A DNA stretch of 64,000 nt from an uncultured Verrucomicrobiae bacterium. GTDB lineage: Bacteria; Verrucomicrobiota; Verrucomicrobiia; Chthoniobacterales; JAATET01. Below, piece after piece: positions 1 through 10,892 of the stretch. The stretch covers positions 149,833 through 213,832 of the forward strand of contig CAVRCI010000003.1 in NCBI GenBank assembly GCA_963719495.1. The letters are read 5' to 3'. The translations under genes and the position numbers were made by a program. A model generated the notes under the pieces. That model was not told the DNA's origin, did no database searches, and worked only from the letters and a program-made list of their open reading frames with translations. How positions within the stretch are numbered: the stretch's first letter is position 1; every line of letters starts with the position of its first letter.

Positions 1-1
1 C

Positions 2-148
2 TGGACCTACCACGCCTTCCGCGAAGCCCCCGAGTGGAGCCTCGAGCTCGCCAACCTCCCCTACGAAACCCCCATCACCACCAAACCCGGCGAACCCTCC
101 GACCGCGCCCAGGTCGTCGGCGATTGGCTGAAGCAGAACGAAAAATAA
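2..148 (+). CDS. 3' end of a gene entering the window, possibly a GH5-type glycoside hydrolase
   Basis: Frame 2 is open from the window start (WTYHAFREAPEWSLE...KQNEK*) with host-like NNC codons. W-x-Y-H-A-F-R-E resembles the last strand of GH5 barrels. Confidence 0.45.
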   Translation, partial: WTYHAFREAPEWSLELANLPYETPITTKPGEPSDRAQVVGDWLKQNEK

Positions 149-198
149 CCTCCGGCCATTCCCTTCTTCGTTCCCTTCGTTACCTTCTGTTCAAAATC

Positions 199-576
199 AT
201 GCGCTCATTCGCCTCCATCATCAGCCTCGCCCTCGCGATCCTCACCACTGGACAAGCCGCCGAGCCCAACCTCGACGCCCTCCCAACCTTCCGCGCCTCC
301 TTCACGCTCTCGGACGGCATCGACTACGACGTCGAAGCCAAACACGAAGGCCCCACGTTCCGCGAAGTCACCGCCGTCACCCCGGACGGCTCCGGCACCA
401 AAACGATCAAGTTTCTCTACGACGAGGAGGGCAAACTGATCGCCGCCACCGACGGCAAAGCCAACTTTCCGCTCAATAAAGAACTGCGCGATCTCTCGAC
501 CGAACTCACCACCCGCATCGAAGGCACCACCGCCTTCCTCCGATCCATCGGCGGCGTAGACAGCCCCGACGAGTGA
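199..576 (+). CDS. small exported hypothetical protein
   Basis: ATG at 199 gives a signal-peptide-like N-terminus (MRSFASIISLALAILTTGQA-A). Host codon usage. Confidence 0.7.
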   Translation: MRSFASIISLALAILTTGQAAEPNLDALPTFRASFTLSDGIDYDVEAKHEGPTFREVTAVTPDGSGTKTIKFLYDEEGKLIAATDGKANFPLNKELRDLSTELTTRIEGTTAFLRSIGGVDSPDE

Positions 577-589
577 CCCAATCCCCACC

Positions 590-696
590 GGAGGGCGAGG
601 CTCCCGCCGAGCCGTCGCCTCACACTCGAATCGCCCGATCTCTCGCTCGACGACGACTCGCGCGACGAGCACGGCTCGGCACGAGCCTCGCCCTCC
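590..696. repeat. REP-like inverted repeat pair between convergent genes
   Basis: GGAGGGCGAGGCTCCCGCCGAGCCG (590-614) pairs with CGGCTCGGCACGAGCCTCGCCCTCC (672-696). A degenerate single arm occurs at 31941-31964. Confidence 0.8.
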
Positions 697-706
697 GGGT
701 TTCGGA

Positions 707-1621
707 TCATCGCGCAGCGACCCGCGCCAAAAATCCCTCGACCCGCTCACCCGCGGCCAGATTCGAGCGCCATCCCTCCGGAATCGCGCCCGCCCCGTGA
801 TGCGCGCCCAAGACCATCCCGAGCACCAGCCCCCGCGCCGCGCTGTCACCGCCGGCCATCACGTTCTCCACGAGCGCCAATTCGAAATCGTCGCCGAACC
901 GATCCACCATCAACAACACCACCGGCAGCGTCGACGGGATCCCGCAGCCCAAGCCCAACGACTCAGCCGCGGCACCCGCCTCCATCGACTTCGTTCCCTC
1001 CACCCGTCGCGCCATCTCGGCGTAATCCAGCGCGGCGTAATGTCTCCCACCAGCCGCCGCGACCGAGGAACGAGGATGATCCCCACCGAGCACCCCAAAA
1101 ACGATCCGCGTCAAAAATTCCGCCACGTCCCCCGCCAAGGGCGACCCGTGCGTCAATCCCGTCTGCTCCCGCGCCGACGCCACCGCGTCTTCCACGGACC
1201 CACCTGCCATCGCCGCCAGCAAAGGCGCGATCCGCGCCGGCCCACCGAGTTCCTTCGATCCCTCCTCCGACCGTCCCAAATCCGTCCCCAGTCGGCCCAA
1301 CGTTTCCTTCGTCGCGTGATCCACGTAGCCACCGTAACCATTCCACATTCCGGTCCAACGATCGGTGAAATCCTCCAGCGAAAACGCACCCGCCGCCGCA
1401 ACCGACGCCATCAGCACGAGCGCCTGGTCCCCAAGGTGACTCTGATCTCCCGCCCCCTTCCCCGAGTGGTAGGAATCCGGCAAGGGCGTTAGGAAGTGAT
1501 CGATCCGCCCAAACCTCCGCTCGAGCTCCGCCTGGTCGTAACCCCAATGGGCCCCCAAAGCCAAGGCGTCCCCAACGAACGACCCCCAAACCAACCCTTC
1601 AATCCGATCCGATTCCGGCAT
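707..1621 (-). CDS. ADP-ribosylglycohydrolase family protein
   Basis: N-terminal GxxVGDALA, TH motif and C-terminal GGDSAARG motif. Confidence 0.85.
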   Translation of the reverse strand: MPESDRIEGLVWGSFVGDALALGAHWGYDQAELERRFGRIDHFLTPLPDSYHSGKGAGDQSHLGDQALVLMASVAAAGAFSLEDFTDRWTGMWNGYGGYVDHATKETLGRLGTDLGRSEEGSKELGGPARIAPLLAAMAGGSVEDAVASAREQTGLTHGSPLAGDVAEFLTRIVFGVLGGDHPRSSVAAAGGRHYAALDYAEMARRVEGTKSMEAGAAAESLGLGCGIPSTLPVVLLMVDRFGDDFELALVENVMAGGDSAARGLVLGMVLGAHHGAGAIPEGWRSNLAAGERVEGFLARVAAR

Positions 1622-1687
1622 CCGACGAGAGTATCACCGATTCCCCGCCCAATCACGGCGGAGCGGAAATTCTACAATCTCGGCGGA

Positions 1688-3793
1688 CTAGAACGCCAAC
1701 CCAACGCTGAAGTGAAACGCCCCCTCCGGATCGCCCTCCCCGGGAGCCGGATTAAATCCGTAGTCGAACCGAATTGGGCCCACCGGCAGATCATACCGCA
1801 AACCCGCGCCGATCGCGTAGCGCATGTCCGACACGCCGAAATCCTGCGCGTCCTGCACGACATTGCCCGCGTCGCCAAAAACCGCGCCCCGCAGCTGACC
1901 CACGATCGGAAACGTGTATTCCAGGTTGAAAACCGTGAACGCCTGCCCGCCCAGCGGATACCCGGCCCGGTCGCGCGGCCCCAGTTTCAACTCCGGATAA
2001 CTCCGCACCGTCGTCGATCCTCCGTTGAAGAACCGCTCGTCGATCGGCAGCCCCTCGTCGCTCAGCGGCGAAATCACGCCGCCCCGGGCGCCAAACGCCA
2101 GATTCGTTCGCTCGGTCACCGGCAGGTAATACACCGCCTGAGCCAGCCCCCGAACGAACGGCACGTCCCCCACGCCCGACGGTGCGACGTCCAGCGCCAC
2201 CGTCCCGTAGAATCCCTCGGATGGCAGCACCGGATCGTTACGAAAATCCAACGTCGACGTCACCCCGATCGAGGCCACCGAGTAATCCTCCTGCCCAACC
2301 AACTCCCGCGGCTCGATCAGGATGTCGTCGGTCGTCACGTATTTGATCAGCGCAAAGGCCCCCACCTTCCAGTTCTTCGTGAGTTCCCGCGTGAGCGACG
2401 GGCGGAAGCCCAACTCGATCTTGGAATACCCTTCGAGCGTGATCGTCTGCGCGTAGAGCCGCAACTTGAGCTCGTTCTCGGTCTCCGCCAACCACGGATC
2501 CGTGTAGACGACCTCACCGTTGTAGCCCCGCTGCGTGTATTCCACCGACGTCGTGAACGGTCGCCCGCTGCCGAAGAGATTCAGGTCGGTGTAGCTCACG
2601 CTCACGATCCCGCCGACGAAAGTCCCGTAACCCACGCCAAAACCGAAGATCTTCGTCTTCGCCTCGTCCGCCGAGACGTCGAGCCGCAGCAGGTTGCCCT
2701 CGATCGGCTTCGGGCTGATTCGGATGTTCGTGAAGAGTCCCGTGTCGAGAAGCGTCCGGAACTTGTCGTCGACCAACTTCGGATCGTAAACCTTGCCGCT
2801 GAGGCTCCTCATCCGATTGGGAATGAAGTTGTCCGGCACGTGATCCGCCCCCTTCACCGTGACCCCATCGAAATAAAATAGAGCCCCGCTCTTCACGGTA
2901 AACGTCACGTCGACGAGCCCGCTCGTCGTCTCCGGATCCTGGCTGACCACGGTCACGATCGCTTGGTAATACCCGCGGGTTTTGTAGTAATCCTCGAGCG
3001 CCCTTTGCGCCACCGCCGCCCGACCATCGGTGAATGGTTCGCTGGTCTCCGTCTCGATGGCCGCCCGCAGGTCCGCTTCCGGGAACACTTCGTTTCCGAT
3101 GATCGACACCGCGCCGAATTCATATTGGGTCCCTTCGGCGATCTCGACCCGCACGTTCGCCCGCGTGAAGTCGTCGGAGAATTGAACGGGCGTGAGTTCC
3201 ACCACCGCGTCGAGGTAGCCCTGCGACGAGTAAAGGCGCTCGATCAATCCCACCCCGCTTTTGATGTCCGATTCGACGAACGGCAGCAGCGCGTCGACCT
3301 CGATCCGCGGAAATCGCTCGCGCAGCGGCCCGAGCAAAAAATTCTGCAGCGTCGTGAAATCGTAGCCCTTGAAGCCCACGATCTCGACCTTCCCCAGCAG
3401 CGTCTGCGGCCCCTGCCGGATCGTCAGCCGCACCGCCCACGGTCCGGTGATCGCCGAGTCGACCGCGACCTGCGTGTAGCCGTGCTTCCGGTAAAAGACC
3501 TCGAGAAAATACTCCAGATCGTAGAGCGACGCTTCGTCCAGGCCGTAGGTCTCGACCGTCCGGTATTGCTGCTCGATTCCCTTGGCCAACTCCTCCGCCG
3601 TGAACGCCTCGTTTCCGACGTATTCGACGGTGAGTTTGCCCGAGTTCGCCGGGTTCGATTCCCCAACCGGACTCCCCACCGTGTCGAGATCCGGCACCTG
3701 CCCGACGGCCGTGACCGCGACCATCAGCCCGAAGGCCACTTCAAGGAGCGGCAGCTTCCAGCCGCCGAAGTTGTTCCATCCGCGTCGCGTCAT
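1688..3793 (-). CDS. BamA/TamA (Omp85) family outer membrane protein
   Basis: POTRA-like repeats, VRSY-type motif (GGSTTVRSY), C-terminal beta-barrel ending in F. Overlaps the tamB-like gene. Confidence 0.9.
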   Translation of the reverse strand: MTRRGWNNFGGWKLPLLEVAFGLMVAVTAVGQVPDLDTVGSPVGESNPANSGKLTVEYVGNEAFTAEELAKGIEQQYRTVETYGLDEASLYDLEYFLEVFYRKHGYTQVAVDSAITGPWAVRLTIRQGPQTLLGKVEIVGFKGYDFTTLQNFLLGPLRERFPRIEVDALLPFVESDIKSGVGLIERLYSSQGYLDAVVELTPVQFSDDFTRANVRVEIAEGTQYEFGAVSIIGNEVFPEADLRAAIETETSEPFTDGRAAVAQRALEDYYKTRGYYQAIVTVVSQDPETTSGLVDVTFTVKSGALFYFDGVTVKGADHVPDNFIPNRMRSLSGKVYDPKLVDDKFRTLLDTGLFTNIRISPKPIEGNLLRLDVSADEAKTKIFGFGVGYGTFVGGIVSVSYTDLNLFGSGRPFTTSVEYTQRGYNGEVVYTDPWLAETENELKLRLYAQTITLEGYSKIELGFRPSLTRELTKNWKVGAFALIKYVTTDDILIEPRELVGQEDYSVASIGVTSTLDFRNDPVLPSEGFYGTVALDVAPSGVGDVPFVRGLAQAVYYLPVTERTNLAFGARGGVISPLSDEGLPIDERFFNGGSTTVRSYPELKLGPRDRAGYPLGGQAFTVFNLEYTFPIVGQLRGAVFGDAGNVVQDAQDFGVSDMRYAIGAGLRYDLPVGPIRFDYGFNPAPGEGDPEGAFHFSVGLAF

Positions 3794-6700
3794 TTGAATC
3801 GAATCAAGTATTTCACCTGCCCCCGGAAATCCCCCTGCACGTCCACGCCGCCGAAGAGGGAAAAATTCTTCGAAAGCGGGAACCGCACCGTCGCCGACTG
3901 CCGCCCGGTCTTCGGATCGATCTCACCGAACGCAAAGTCGATGTCGTTGAGCACCGTCTTCTTCCGCTCGCTTGGGTCCTTCGGCGGGAAAAGCGAGCGC
4001 GAGATTTTTTGAAACAACAGCACCGCCGCCCGCCCCGCCAGCACGCTCGGATTCCCGGCGATGTCCTGCGAAGTCACCCCCGTCGCGATCAACGACACGA
4101 TGTCGGTCTGCGGGAGCGGCGGCTGACTTGAAAATCGCACCTGCGGGTCCAACATGTTGCCGTAAATGTAGGCCGACACGTCGTAGTCGCGAATCTCCGA
4201 CGTCCCCCGGATGTCGAAATTCGCCACGAAGGGACTGTCTTTCTGAAAGAAGATGACTCCATTGCGGATCGTCAATTCGCTGAACGGCAGCGTCGTCGTC
4301 AGCTGTTCGATCCGCACGTTCCCGGCCATCGTCGGCTGGGCACCCGTCCCGGTGATGTTCAGATCGAGCACGATCCGACCGTTCGCCAGATTCCCCTGCA
4401 CCAGGAACGGATCCGACGTTTTCACGTCGATGTCGAACGTCCAATTACTCAGCGGCGGCGCCGTGATCCCCTGCACGGTCGGAGCCGGCGGCGGCTGCGG
4501 TGCGGGCCGCCCCGGCAGCCCGATCGGCAGGATGTCGATGTCCTTGTAAAACCGACTCTTGGTCACGTAAACCTCGCCGCCCACGTTCGCCGAGTCCAAC
4601 GGCCCCGTCAGCTCGATCCGACTGCTGATTCGTAAAGTGATCGCTTCGTCCTGCATCACCAACGCGTCCCGCGTGCCGAATGCCAGATCGAATACCGGCT
4701 TCTCCACACCGCCAAAGGTGATGCTCCCCTCCGCGCCAAAAACTCCGCCGCCAATGTCCCCCCGGAACGCGGGAATCGTCAGGCGCTCGGTGTTCGATTT
4801 GATCCGCACCACGACTCCGGTGATCGGCGGAAACCCGTCCACCGAAAGCCGGATCGCCGGCACGTCCGCCACGACGCTTCCCTGGATCGCCGGCTTTTCG
4901 ACGGTCCCACTCACCGCCAAGTCGACCGCCGCCGTGCCTGCGATGAACCGAACCACCGGCACCAGCGACGACACGAAGCCGAGCGAGGACTTCGGCATCC
5001 GCACCTTCAGATCAATCGGCGTCGAGGTCGGAAACTCGCGATCCCGGCGGATCGCAACCACGTCCACCGGCACCGATCCGTTCACCGTGATCGGCTGCAC
5101 CAGCGGTTGCGTGATCTTTCCGTCCACCGTTGCCCGGTCGTTCGCGAGCAACACGTCGAGCGACACGTCCGCCGGCTTCACGTCGGCGGTCGTGGACTGC
5201 AAGCCGTTCGCCCGCACCGCGACGGCGGCTTTCAATTCCGCCAAGGTGCCACTCGCCCCGATTTTGACGCTCGCCGTCCCCGTCACCGGCGGAGCCTCAC
5301 CACCGGGCAACGCCGCGAAAATTTCGCCGAGCTCGAGAGTCCCCGTGTCGAGATCGACCGCGATCGGCTCGTCGTTCGGGATCATCATTTCCAGATCATC
5401 CGGGTGATCCGCGTGCAGCGGGACCGACAGCGAACCCGCGAGCACTTTCAGCTCCCCGAGCCGCGCGAGTAGATCCGTCACGCTCAGACGATTCTCCGCC
5501 AGCCGCAGAGCGAGGCTCACGTCGCCCTCCTCCGCCGACGCCTTGATCACCGGGACATCGACCGACGTCGGCCAGTCGTAATTTGCCGCCACCGTCGCCG
5601 CGAGCTGATCCCGCTCGCCGAACCGCGCGTCCTCCAGCGCGAGGTCCGCCTTGCCGGTGTGCGTGTTCGCTTTGACGTCCCCCTCGCCCGACCAGGTCAA
5701 ATTCAACGCCCCCCCCAGCGGCTCCGGCGCCACCGGATCGAACACCGCCAGATTCCCGAGTGCGACATCGACCGTCCCGGAGTAGGCGAAGGGCTCCGCC
5801 AATTGCACCGTGCCGTCCAGCGTCACCCGATTCACGTCGTCGAGCACGACCGCGAGTTTCGACAGGTTCGCCTGGTTGTCCCGGATCGTCAGACCGCCCT
5901 CGATGGTCGGAATCCCCAGCCCAGCGGCCTTCACGTCGCTCCCGTCGATGTCGAAGTCCCCGTCGATCTCGCCATCGGTCGACGTCACCTTCCCTTCGAT
6001 TTTGAGCGCCCCTCTCAGATCGGCGGCGGCCCCCTCGGCCACGAAAGCTTCCAGCTCCGGCGCATCAATCAGCACGTCCGCCGCGAGCGGCTGTTTCACG
6101 AACGACTTCATGTCGGCCGGCAGCTCGTAATTCGCTGAGATCCGCACGACGTTCGCCCCTTTGGCCAGCGAGACTTCGTCCACCGAGACCTTGGCGCCAT
6201 CGACCGCCGCGGCGACCTTCACCTTCTCGATCTCGAACTCACCGGCCGTGACCGTCGCCACGCCCACCGCGAGTTTGGCCGCCAGATCCTCGAACACCGG
6301 AGCGCCCTCTTCCGTCGCCAGGTTCTTCTCGACGTTGGCCGTGACCTTCAAGCCGCTCAACACGTTCTCTTTGATGGTCAGCCGCTCGCTCCCGGCTTCC
6401 AAGTCCACGAACGCAACCTGATTCTCGATGCGAAAATCCACCCGCGCCTTCGCCTCGCCCTCGACGTCCGGAGCCACCGCGCCGACCTTCGCCAGATCGG
6501 CCCGCAGCCAACCCTTCGCGTCGATTTTGGAAAATTCTTCAAGCGTCTCCGGCAGATCCGCCCCCGCCCGCAGCTCGACCCGGTTCGCATCGCCGAGCTC
6601 GTCCACGACCACCACGTCCGCCCGCCCATCCTTGATCGTGACGTCCGCGCCGAGCGCCCCGATTTCTTGTCCGGAAGCCACCAGCCCCTCGCTCCGCAAA

Positions 6701-7662
6701 CGAATCTCGCCATCCCACCCCCGCGGCTCCGTCGGCAAACCCGCGAACCGCAGCGACAATTCGTTCAGGGTCCCCCCAAAAGGCACGTCCTGATTCAAAT
6801 ACTCCCAGATTTTCCCGAAGACCAAACCGCTCACCTCTGCCTCGAGCTTCAAATCGTTCGAGGCGTTGAGATCCTTCACCGTCAACGCCAACGACAGCTC
6901 GGACCCGAAAACCTGCCCCTCGACTGCAAGACCCAACACGGCTTCGCCCAATTCCGACGCGTCCAGATTCAACCGCTCGATCTGGATCTCCGGACTCACC
7001 GACAAATCCACGAGCAACAAATTGCGATCCCGGAACGTCGTCGTCGCGCCAATCGAATCCCACGTCCGCACCCCCGGGACGTCGAGCTTCTCGACGACCA
7101 ATTTCCCGTCCTTCTCCGGATAGAGCGTGAACGTCAGCCCCTTCAGCTCGAACCCACCGTATTCCCCCACCGTCTGGAAATTCACGTTCTCGATCACCAA
7201 CCGTTCGGGGAACAACCCCGGGAACTTGAACGCCTGGCGCTCTTTTTCCTCCTTCTCTTTGGGCAACGGCTCACCCGGCTCGATCACCACGTAGACGTCG
7301 TGGGCCTCGACCGTCTTCAGCAGAGCCGGCAGGCCCTCGCGAATCGCCCCCCATAAGCTGTATTCGAGCAGAATCTCCCCGACCTCCAGCCGCTCGATCG
7401 GACCCGGCTCGGTCGGCTCACCCACGAGGTCCGTCACCCGCAGCCGCGAAAACGGCGATCCCTCGATTTTGTAATCGAGGTCGAGGTTCTGTTGCTTCGC
7501 AGCCCGAACCACGAAATAACGCGTTCCCTCGAAAATGATCGTCTTGTGGAAAATCGCCACCAGCACGATCGACCCCAGCAGCACCAACCCAATCCGCTTC
7601 AACCACTTCCGCCACCGCCGCTTCCTCGTGGGCTTCGGCTTGGCGTCGGGATCTTCGGGCAT
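3790..7662 (-). CDS. TamB-like translocation and assembly module protein
   Basis: N-terminal TM after a basic patch, long beta-rich body, C-terminal DUF490-like region (FSSQPPLPQTDIVSLI). Likely start MPEDPDAK at 7662. Confidence 0.85.
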   Translation of the reverse strand: MPEDPDAKPKPTRKRRWRKWLKRIGLVLLGSIVLVAIFHKTIIFEGTRYFVVRAAKQQNLDLDYKIEGSPFSRLRVTDLVGEPTEPGPIERLEVGEILLEYSLWGAIREGLPALLKTVEAHDVYVVIEPGEPLPKEKEEKERQAFKFPGLFPERLVIENVNFQTVGEYGGFELKGLTFTLYPEKDGKLVVEKLDVPGVRTWDSIGATTTFRDRNLLLVDLSVSPEIQIERLNLDASELGEAVLGLAVEGQVFGSELSLALTVKDLNASNDLKLEAEVSGLVFGKIWEYLNQDVPFGGTLNELSLRFAGLPTEPRGWDGEIRLRSEGLVASGQEIGALGADVTIKDGRADVVVVDELGDANRVELRAGADLPETLEEFSKIDAKGWLRADLAKVGAVAPDVEGEAKARVDFRIENQVAFVDLEAGSERLTIKENVLSGLKVTANVEKNLATEEGAPVFEDLAAKLAVGVATVTAGEFEIEKVKVAAAVDGAKVSVDEVSLAKGANVVRISANYELPADMKSFVKQPLAADVLIDAPELEAFVAEGAAADLRGALKIEGKVTSTDGEIDGDFDIDGSDVKAAGLGIPTIEGGLTIRDNQANLSKLAVVLDDVNRVTLDGTVQLAEPFAYSGTVDVALGNLAVFDPVAPEPLGGALNLTWSGEGDVKANTHTGKADLALEDARFGERDQLAATVAANYDWPTSVDVPVIKASAEEGDVSLALRLAENRLSVTDLLARLGELKVLAGSLSVPLHADHPDDLEMMIPNDEPIAVDLDTGTLELGEIFAALPGGEAPPVTGTASVKIGASGTLAELKAAVAVRANGLQSTTADVKPADVSLDVLLANDRATVDGKITQPLVQPITVNGSVPVDVVAIRRDREFPTSTPIDLKVRMPKSSLGFVSSLVPVVRFIAGTAAVDLAVSGTVEKPAIQGSVVADVPAIRLSVDGFPPITGVVVRIKSNTERLTIPAFRGDIGGGVFGAEGSITFGGVEKPVFDLAFGTRDALVMQDEAITLRISSRIELTGPLDSANVGGEVYVTKSRFYKDIDILPIGLPGRPAPQPPPAPTVQGITAPPLSNWTFDIDVKTSDPFLVQGNLANGRIVLDLNITGTGAQPTMAGNVRIEQLTTTLPFSELTIRNGVIFFQKDSPFVANFDIRGTSEIRDYDVSAYIYGNMLDPQVRFSSQPPLPQTDIVSLIATGVTSQDIAGNPSVLAGRAAVLLFQKISRSLFPPKDPSERKKTVLNDIDFAFGEIDPKTGRQSATVRFPLSKNFSLFGGVDVQGDFRGQVKYLIRFK

Positions 7663-7844
7663 CTGGCCCGAAGCGAACGCCGTTTGCAACGAACAATCAA
7701 CAACTCTTTTGATGAAGGGGAGCGCGGGCATCCTGCCCGTCGCACCGGGCTTCCAGCCCGGTGCTCGACCCGAACCGGCGAAGCCGCACTTCCACCCCAC
7801 CGAACGTTGCCAACCCCCGAGAATCTGCGACACTCCGTCCCCCA

Positions 7845-8387
7845 ATGTCCACCGAGCTGCCGCCCCGACCCGCCACCGCTCCCGCCGACGGACCGTTCGC
7901 CTACGCGCTCGTCGTCAGCCAATACAACTCCGAGTTCACGAGCGCCCTCGCGACCAACGCGACCAACGAGCTTCGCACCATCGATCGCGAGGCCACCGTC
8001 GAGCAATTCGCAGTCCCCGGCGCCTTCGAAATCCCGCTCGCCGTCGATCTCCTCGCGGCCAAAGGTCGCTACGCCGCCATCATCGCCCTCGGAGTCATCA
8101 TCCGCGGCGCGACCGACCACGCCGACCTCATTGCCGCCAGCATCACGAACGCCCTCCAGACCACCGCCATCACCCACCGCACCCCCGTCATCCACGAAGT
8201 CCTCCTCGTCGCCGACGCCAATCAGGCCCGCGCCCGCTGCCTCGCCCCCGACCTCAACCGCGGCCTCGAAGCCGCCCGCGCCGCCGTCCAGGCCGCCCGC
8301 ACCCTCCGCGCCATCCAATCCAGCGAACCCCCGACCGCATCCACATTCCCACCAATCACCAATCACCAGTCACCAATCACCAGCTAA
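7845..8387 (+). CDS. ribH: 6,7-dimethyl-8-ribityllumazine synthase
   Basis: VPGAFEIP and IIALGVIIRGAT motifs; upstream of nusB. Confidence 0.95.
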   Translation: MSTELPPRPATAPADGPFAYALVVSQYNSEFTSALATNATNELRTIDREATVEQFAVPGAFEIPLAVDLLAAKGRYAAIIALGVIIRGATDHADLIAASITNALQTTAITHRTPVIHEVLLVADANQARARCLAPDLNRGLEAARAAVQAARTLRAIQSSEPPTASTFPPITNHQSPITS

Positions 8388-8390
8388 AAA

Positions 8391-8846
8391 ATGGGAGTCC
8401 GCAGAGAAGGCCGAGAGGCCGCCGTCCAATACCTATACCAGCACGACCTGAATCCGACCTCGGAGCTCACGGACGTCGCCATCTTCTACAAAATGCGGGG
8501 CCTCAGCCCGGCCGCCCGCCGTTTCAGCGACGAGCTCATCCCCGGCATCCTCGCCGCGAAGGAAGAAATCGACGCCCTGCTCGTCGCCAACATCGACAAC
8601 TACGAGCTCAAGCGCCTGGCGGCCATCGACCGCAACGTCCTCCGCCTCTCCGTTTACGAGATGCTCCACTGCCCACAGGTCCCGGCCGTCGTCTCGATCA
8701 ACGAAGCCATCGACATCGCCAGAAAGTATTCCACCGACGAAAGCGGCAAATTCGTCAACGGAGTCCTCGACAAAATCCGAAAAGACCTCCCAAGAACCGA
8801 CAAGCCGTTGACAACCCCACCCGACCCGGCCACTCCGGCCACCTGA
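8391..8846 (+). CDS. nusB: transcription antitermination factor NusB
   Basis: REAAVQYLYQ, IDRNVLR, INEAIDIARKY, FVNGVLD motifs. Confidence 0.95.
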   Translation: MGVRREGREAAVQYLYQHDLNPTSELTDVAIFYKMRGLSPAARRFSDELIPGILAAKEEIDALLVANIDNYELKRLAAIDRNVLRLSVYEMLHCPQVPAVVSINEAIDIARKYSTDESGKFVNGVLDKIRKDLPRTDKPLTTPPDPATPAT

Positions 8847-8936
8847 CCACCAGCCCAAAGGGCTCTAAAACCTGTCATGCTGAGCGGAGCGAAGCATCTC
8901 TGGCTTACACTCCTCACCTCACCCACCAGTCACCAA

Positions 8937-9026
8937 TGACTCGCTCGCTCCCGCTCGTCTCGCCCTTCGGGCTGCATCGCAGAGCCGATGCAGTCTGCCC
9001 CGCGGCTTCCCAGCCGCCGGTGCTCA
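8937..9026 (+). repeat. 90-bp dispersed repeat, copy 1
   Basis: Near-identical to 33745-33834; contains hairpin CTGCATCG-CAGAGC-CGATGCAG. Confidence 0.85.
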
Positions 9027-9056
9027 CCAATTCTTAAACAACCGCGACCCGCCAAA

Positions 9057-9908
9057 ATGGCCTTCAATTTCCTAAAGACTTTCGTCACGAACCTCACCGG
9101 CGGCAAACCAATCGACTGGGACGACTTGGAAGAGACCCTCATCCGCGCCGACCTCGGCGTCCCGATGGCCCTCCGCATCATGGAGAACCTCCAGGCCCGC
9201 GGCACCGACGTCACCGCCCGAGACGTCGCCGACGTCACCCGCTCCGAGATTTCCCAGGTCCTCGCCATCAACGCCCCGCCACTCCGCCCCCTCCCCGCCA
9301 AGCCCAAGGCCATCATGATGGTCGGCGTCAACGGCACCGGAAAAACCACCTCCTCCGCCAAGCTCGCCCACGCCCTCAAGACCGACCGTCACAGCGTTCT
9401 CCTCGTCGCCGCCGACACCTTCCGCGCCGCCGCCATCGAGCAACTCACCCACTGGGGCGAACGCACCGGAGTCGAAGTGATGAAAGGCCAGTATCAGGGC
9501 GACTCCGCCGCCCTCTGCTACGACGCCTACGCCAGCGCCCACCGCCGCAACGTCGAGTTCCTCATCTGCGACACCGCCGGCCGCCTCCACACCAAAAGCA
9601 ACCTCATGCAGGAGCTCGAAAAGGTCATCCGCACCCTGGCGAAGCACGACCCCGACTCTCCACACGAAAAGCTCCTCGTCGTCGACGCCACCACCGGCTC
9701 GAACGCCCTCGAGCAGGCCCGCCAATTCCACGCCGCCATCGGCCTCACCGGAATCGTCGTCACCAAACTCGACGGCAGCGGCAAAGGCGGCATCATCGTC
9801 GCCATCCAGAACGAACTCGGGATCCCGCCAAGGTTCATCGGCACCGGCGAGCAACTCGACGACTTCGCCCCCTTCGACCGCGAAGACTTCGTAAACCGGA
9901 TCCTTTAG
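9057..9908 (+). CDS. ftsY: signal recognition particle receptor FtsY
   Basis: GVNGTGKTT, DTFRAAA, DTAGR, TKLDGSGKGG motifs. Confidence 0.95.
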   Translation: MAFNFLKTFVTNLTGGKPIDWDDLEETLIRADLGVPMALRIMENLQARGTDVTARDVADVTRSEISQVLAINAPPLRPLPAKPKAIMMVGVNGTGKTTSSAKLAHALKTDRHSVLLVAADTFRAAAIEQLTHWGERTGVEVMKGQYQGDSAALCYDAYASAHRRNVEFLICDTAGRLHTKSNLMQELEKVIRTLAKHDPDSPHEKLLVVDATTGSNALEQARQFHAAIGLTGIVVTKLDGSGKGGIIVAIQNELGIPPRFIGTGEQLDDFAPFDREDFVNRIL

Positions 9909-10054
9909 CGGGTTTGGCGTCCTTGGCGCGAAAAAATTTATTCCTCCCGGAAAAGGTGCAGGCCGCCGCAACGAGTGTTGCGACGGCCTGCTGTTCCCCC
10001 CAGAACATCTTCATTTTAAGCAGGGGGCGTGCCAACCTTTGAAATCTAACGCGA

Positions 10055-10618
10055 CTACTTCTTCGAACGCCGGGTCACGAGCACCGAGAAAGTCACCGTG
10101 TCCGTGCCGTCTCTCAGCGTCTGCCGGATCTGCAACGAGCTTCCACGCAGGCGCAGATTTCCGTTCACCAACCCGGTCAGCCCGTATCCACGCCCCAGAG
10201 CGGTGAAGCGACCGCCCTTCCGACGAAGATTGCCCGTACCCTTCGCCTTCACCGAGTCGTTGTTCAATTTGTCGCGGAGCCGGAACAAGGCCCGACCATT
10301 CTCGGAAATCGTGTAATTCGAGGTGATCGCACCCCGCTTGTTGTTGCGGATGAAATTCCCCTCCACCTCGATTTGAAGCGATTTCTTACCCCGCGAAAGG
10401 CGTGAGACCACCTTCACCGGAGCCGAAAGCAGAGTCCGCTTCCCGTTTTTCTTGATCACAATGCGCTCGATCCCCCGATACGTCCCCCGCAGATCCCCAA
10501 ATGCCGGGGCCGTCGCCGCCTGCACGGATATCGAGCTGCCAACGAGAGAGAAAATCGCCAGCCCGAGAGCAAAAAACTTCACTTGGCGAAGGGAGGGACG
10601 AACGGACGCTTTGATCAT
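10055..10618 (-). CDS. exported basic beta-rich hypothetical protein
   Basis: Signal peptide (FFALGLAIFSLVGSSISVQA) followed by Lys/Arg-rich beta strands. Confidence 0.65.
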   Translation of the reverse strand: MIKASVRPSLRQVKFFALGLAIFSLVGSSISVQAATAPAFGDLRGTYRGIERIVIKKNGKRTLLSAPVKVVSRLSRGKKSLQIEVEGNFIRNNKRGAITSNYTISENGRALFRLRDKLNNDSVKAKGTGNLRRKGGRFTALGRGYGLTGLVNGNLRLRGSSLQIRQTLRDGTDTVTFSVLVTRRSKK

Positions 10619-10892
10619 GCCGCAAACTAGATAGCGGATTTCCTCTCCGTCAAGACCCAACATCTTGTGCCGATCAGTAATTCTGCGGCGGAATGAACCG
10701 CCAACGACGCTTCACCCGCAGCCCCGTTCAGCAGAAGTTCAACCCTTTTTGGAGGAATCTTTGAACAAAGTTCGTGCAATCCGGTCGAAGCTTAACGTCG
10801 TTAAACAATTATTCCGACCATCGGTTCCGCACGAAAGTGCGTCGCCGAACGTAACATTAGAAGGAGCATCCTGACAGCAGGGTGAAAATATT

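Noticed and set aside
707..1621. ADP-ribosylglycohydrolase as a toxin-immunity or defence gene
   Set aside because: Core context, host codon usage and no adjacent ADP-ribosyltransferase.
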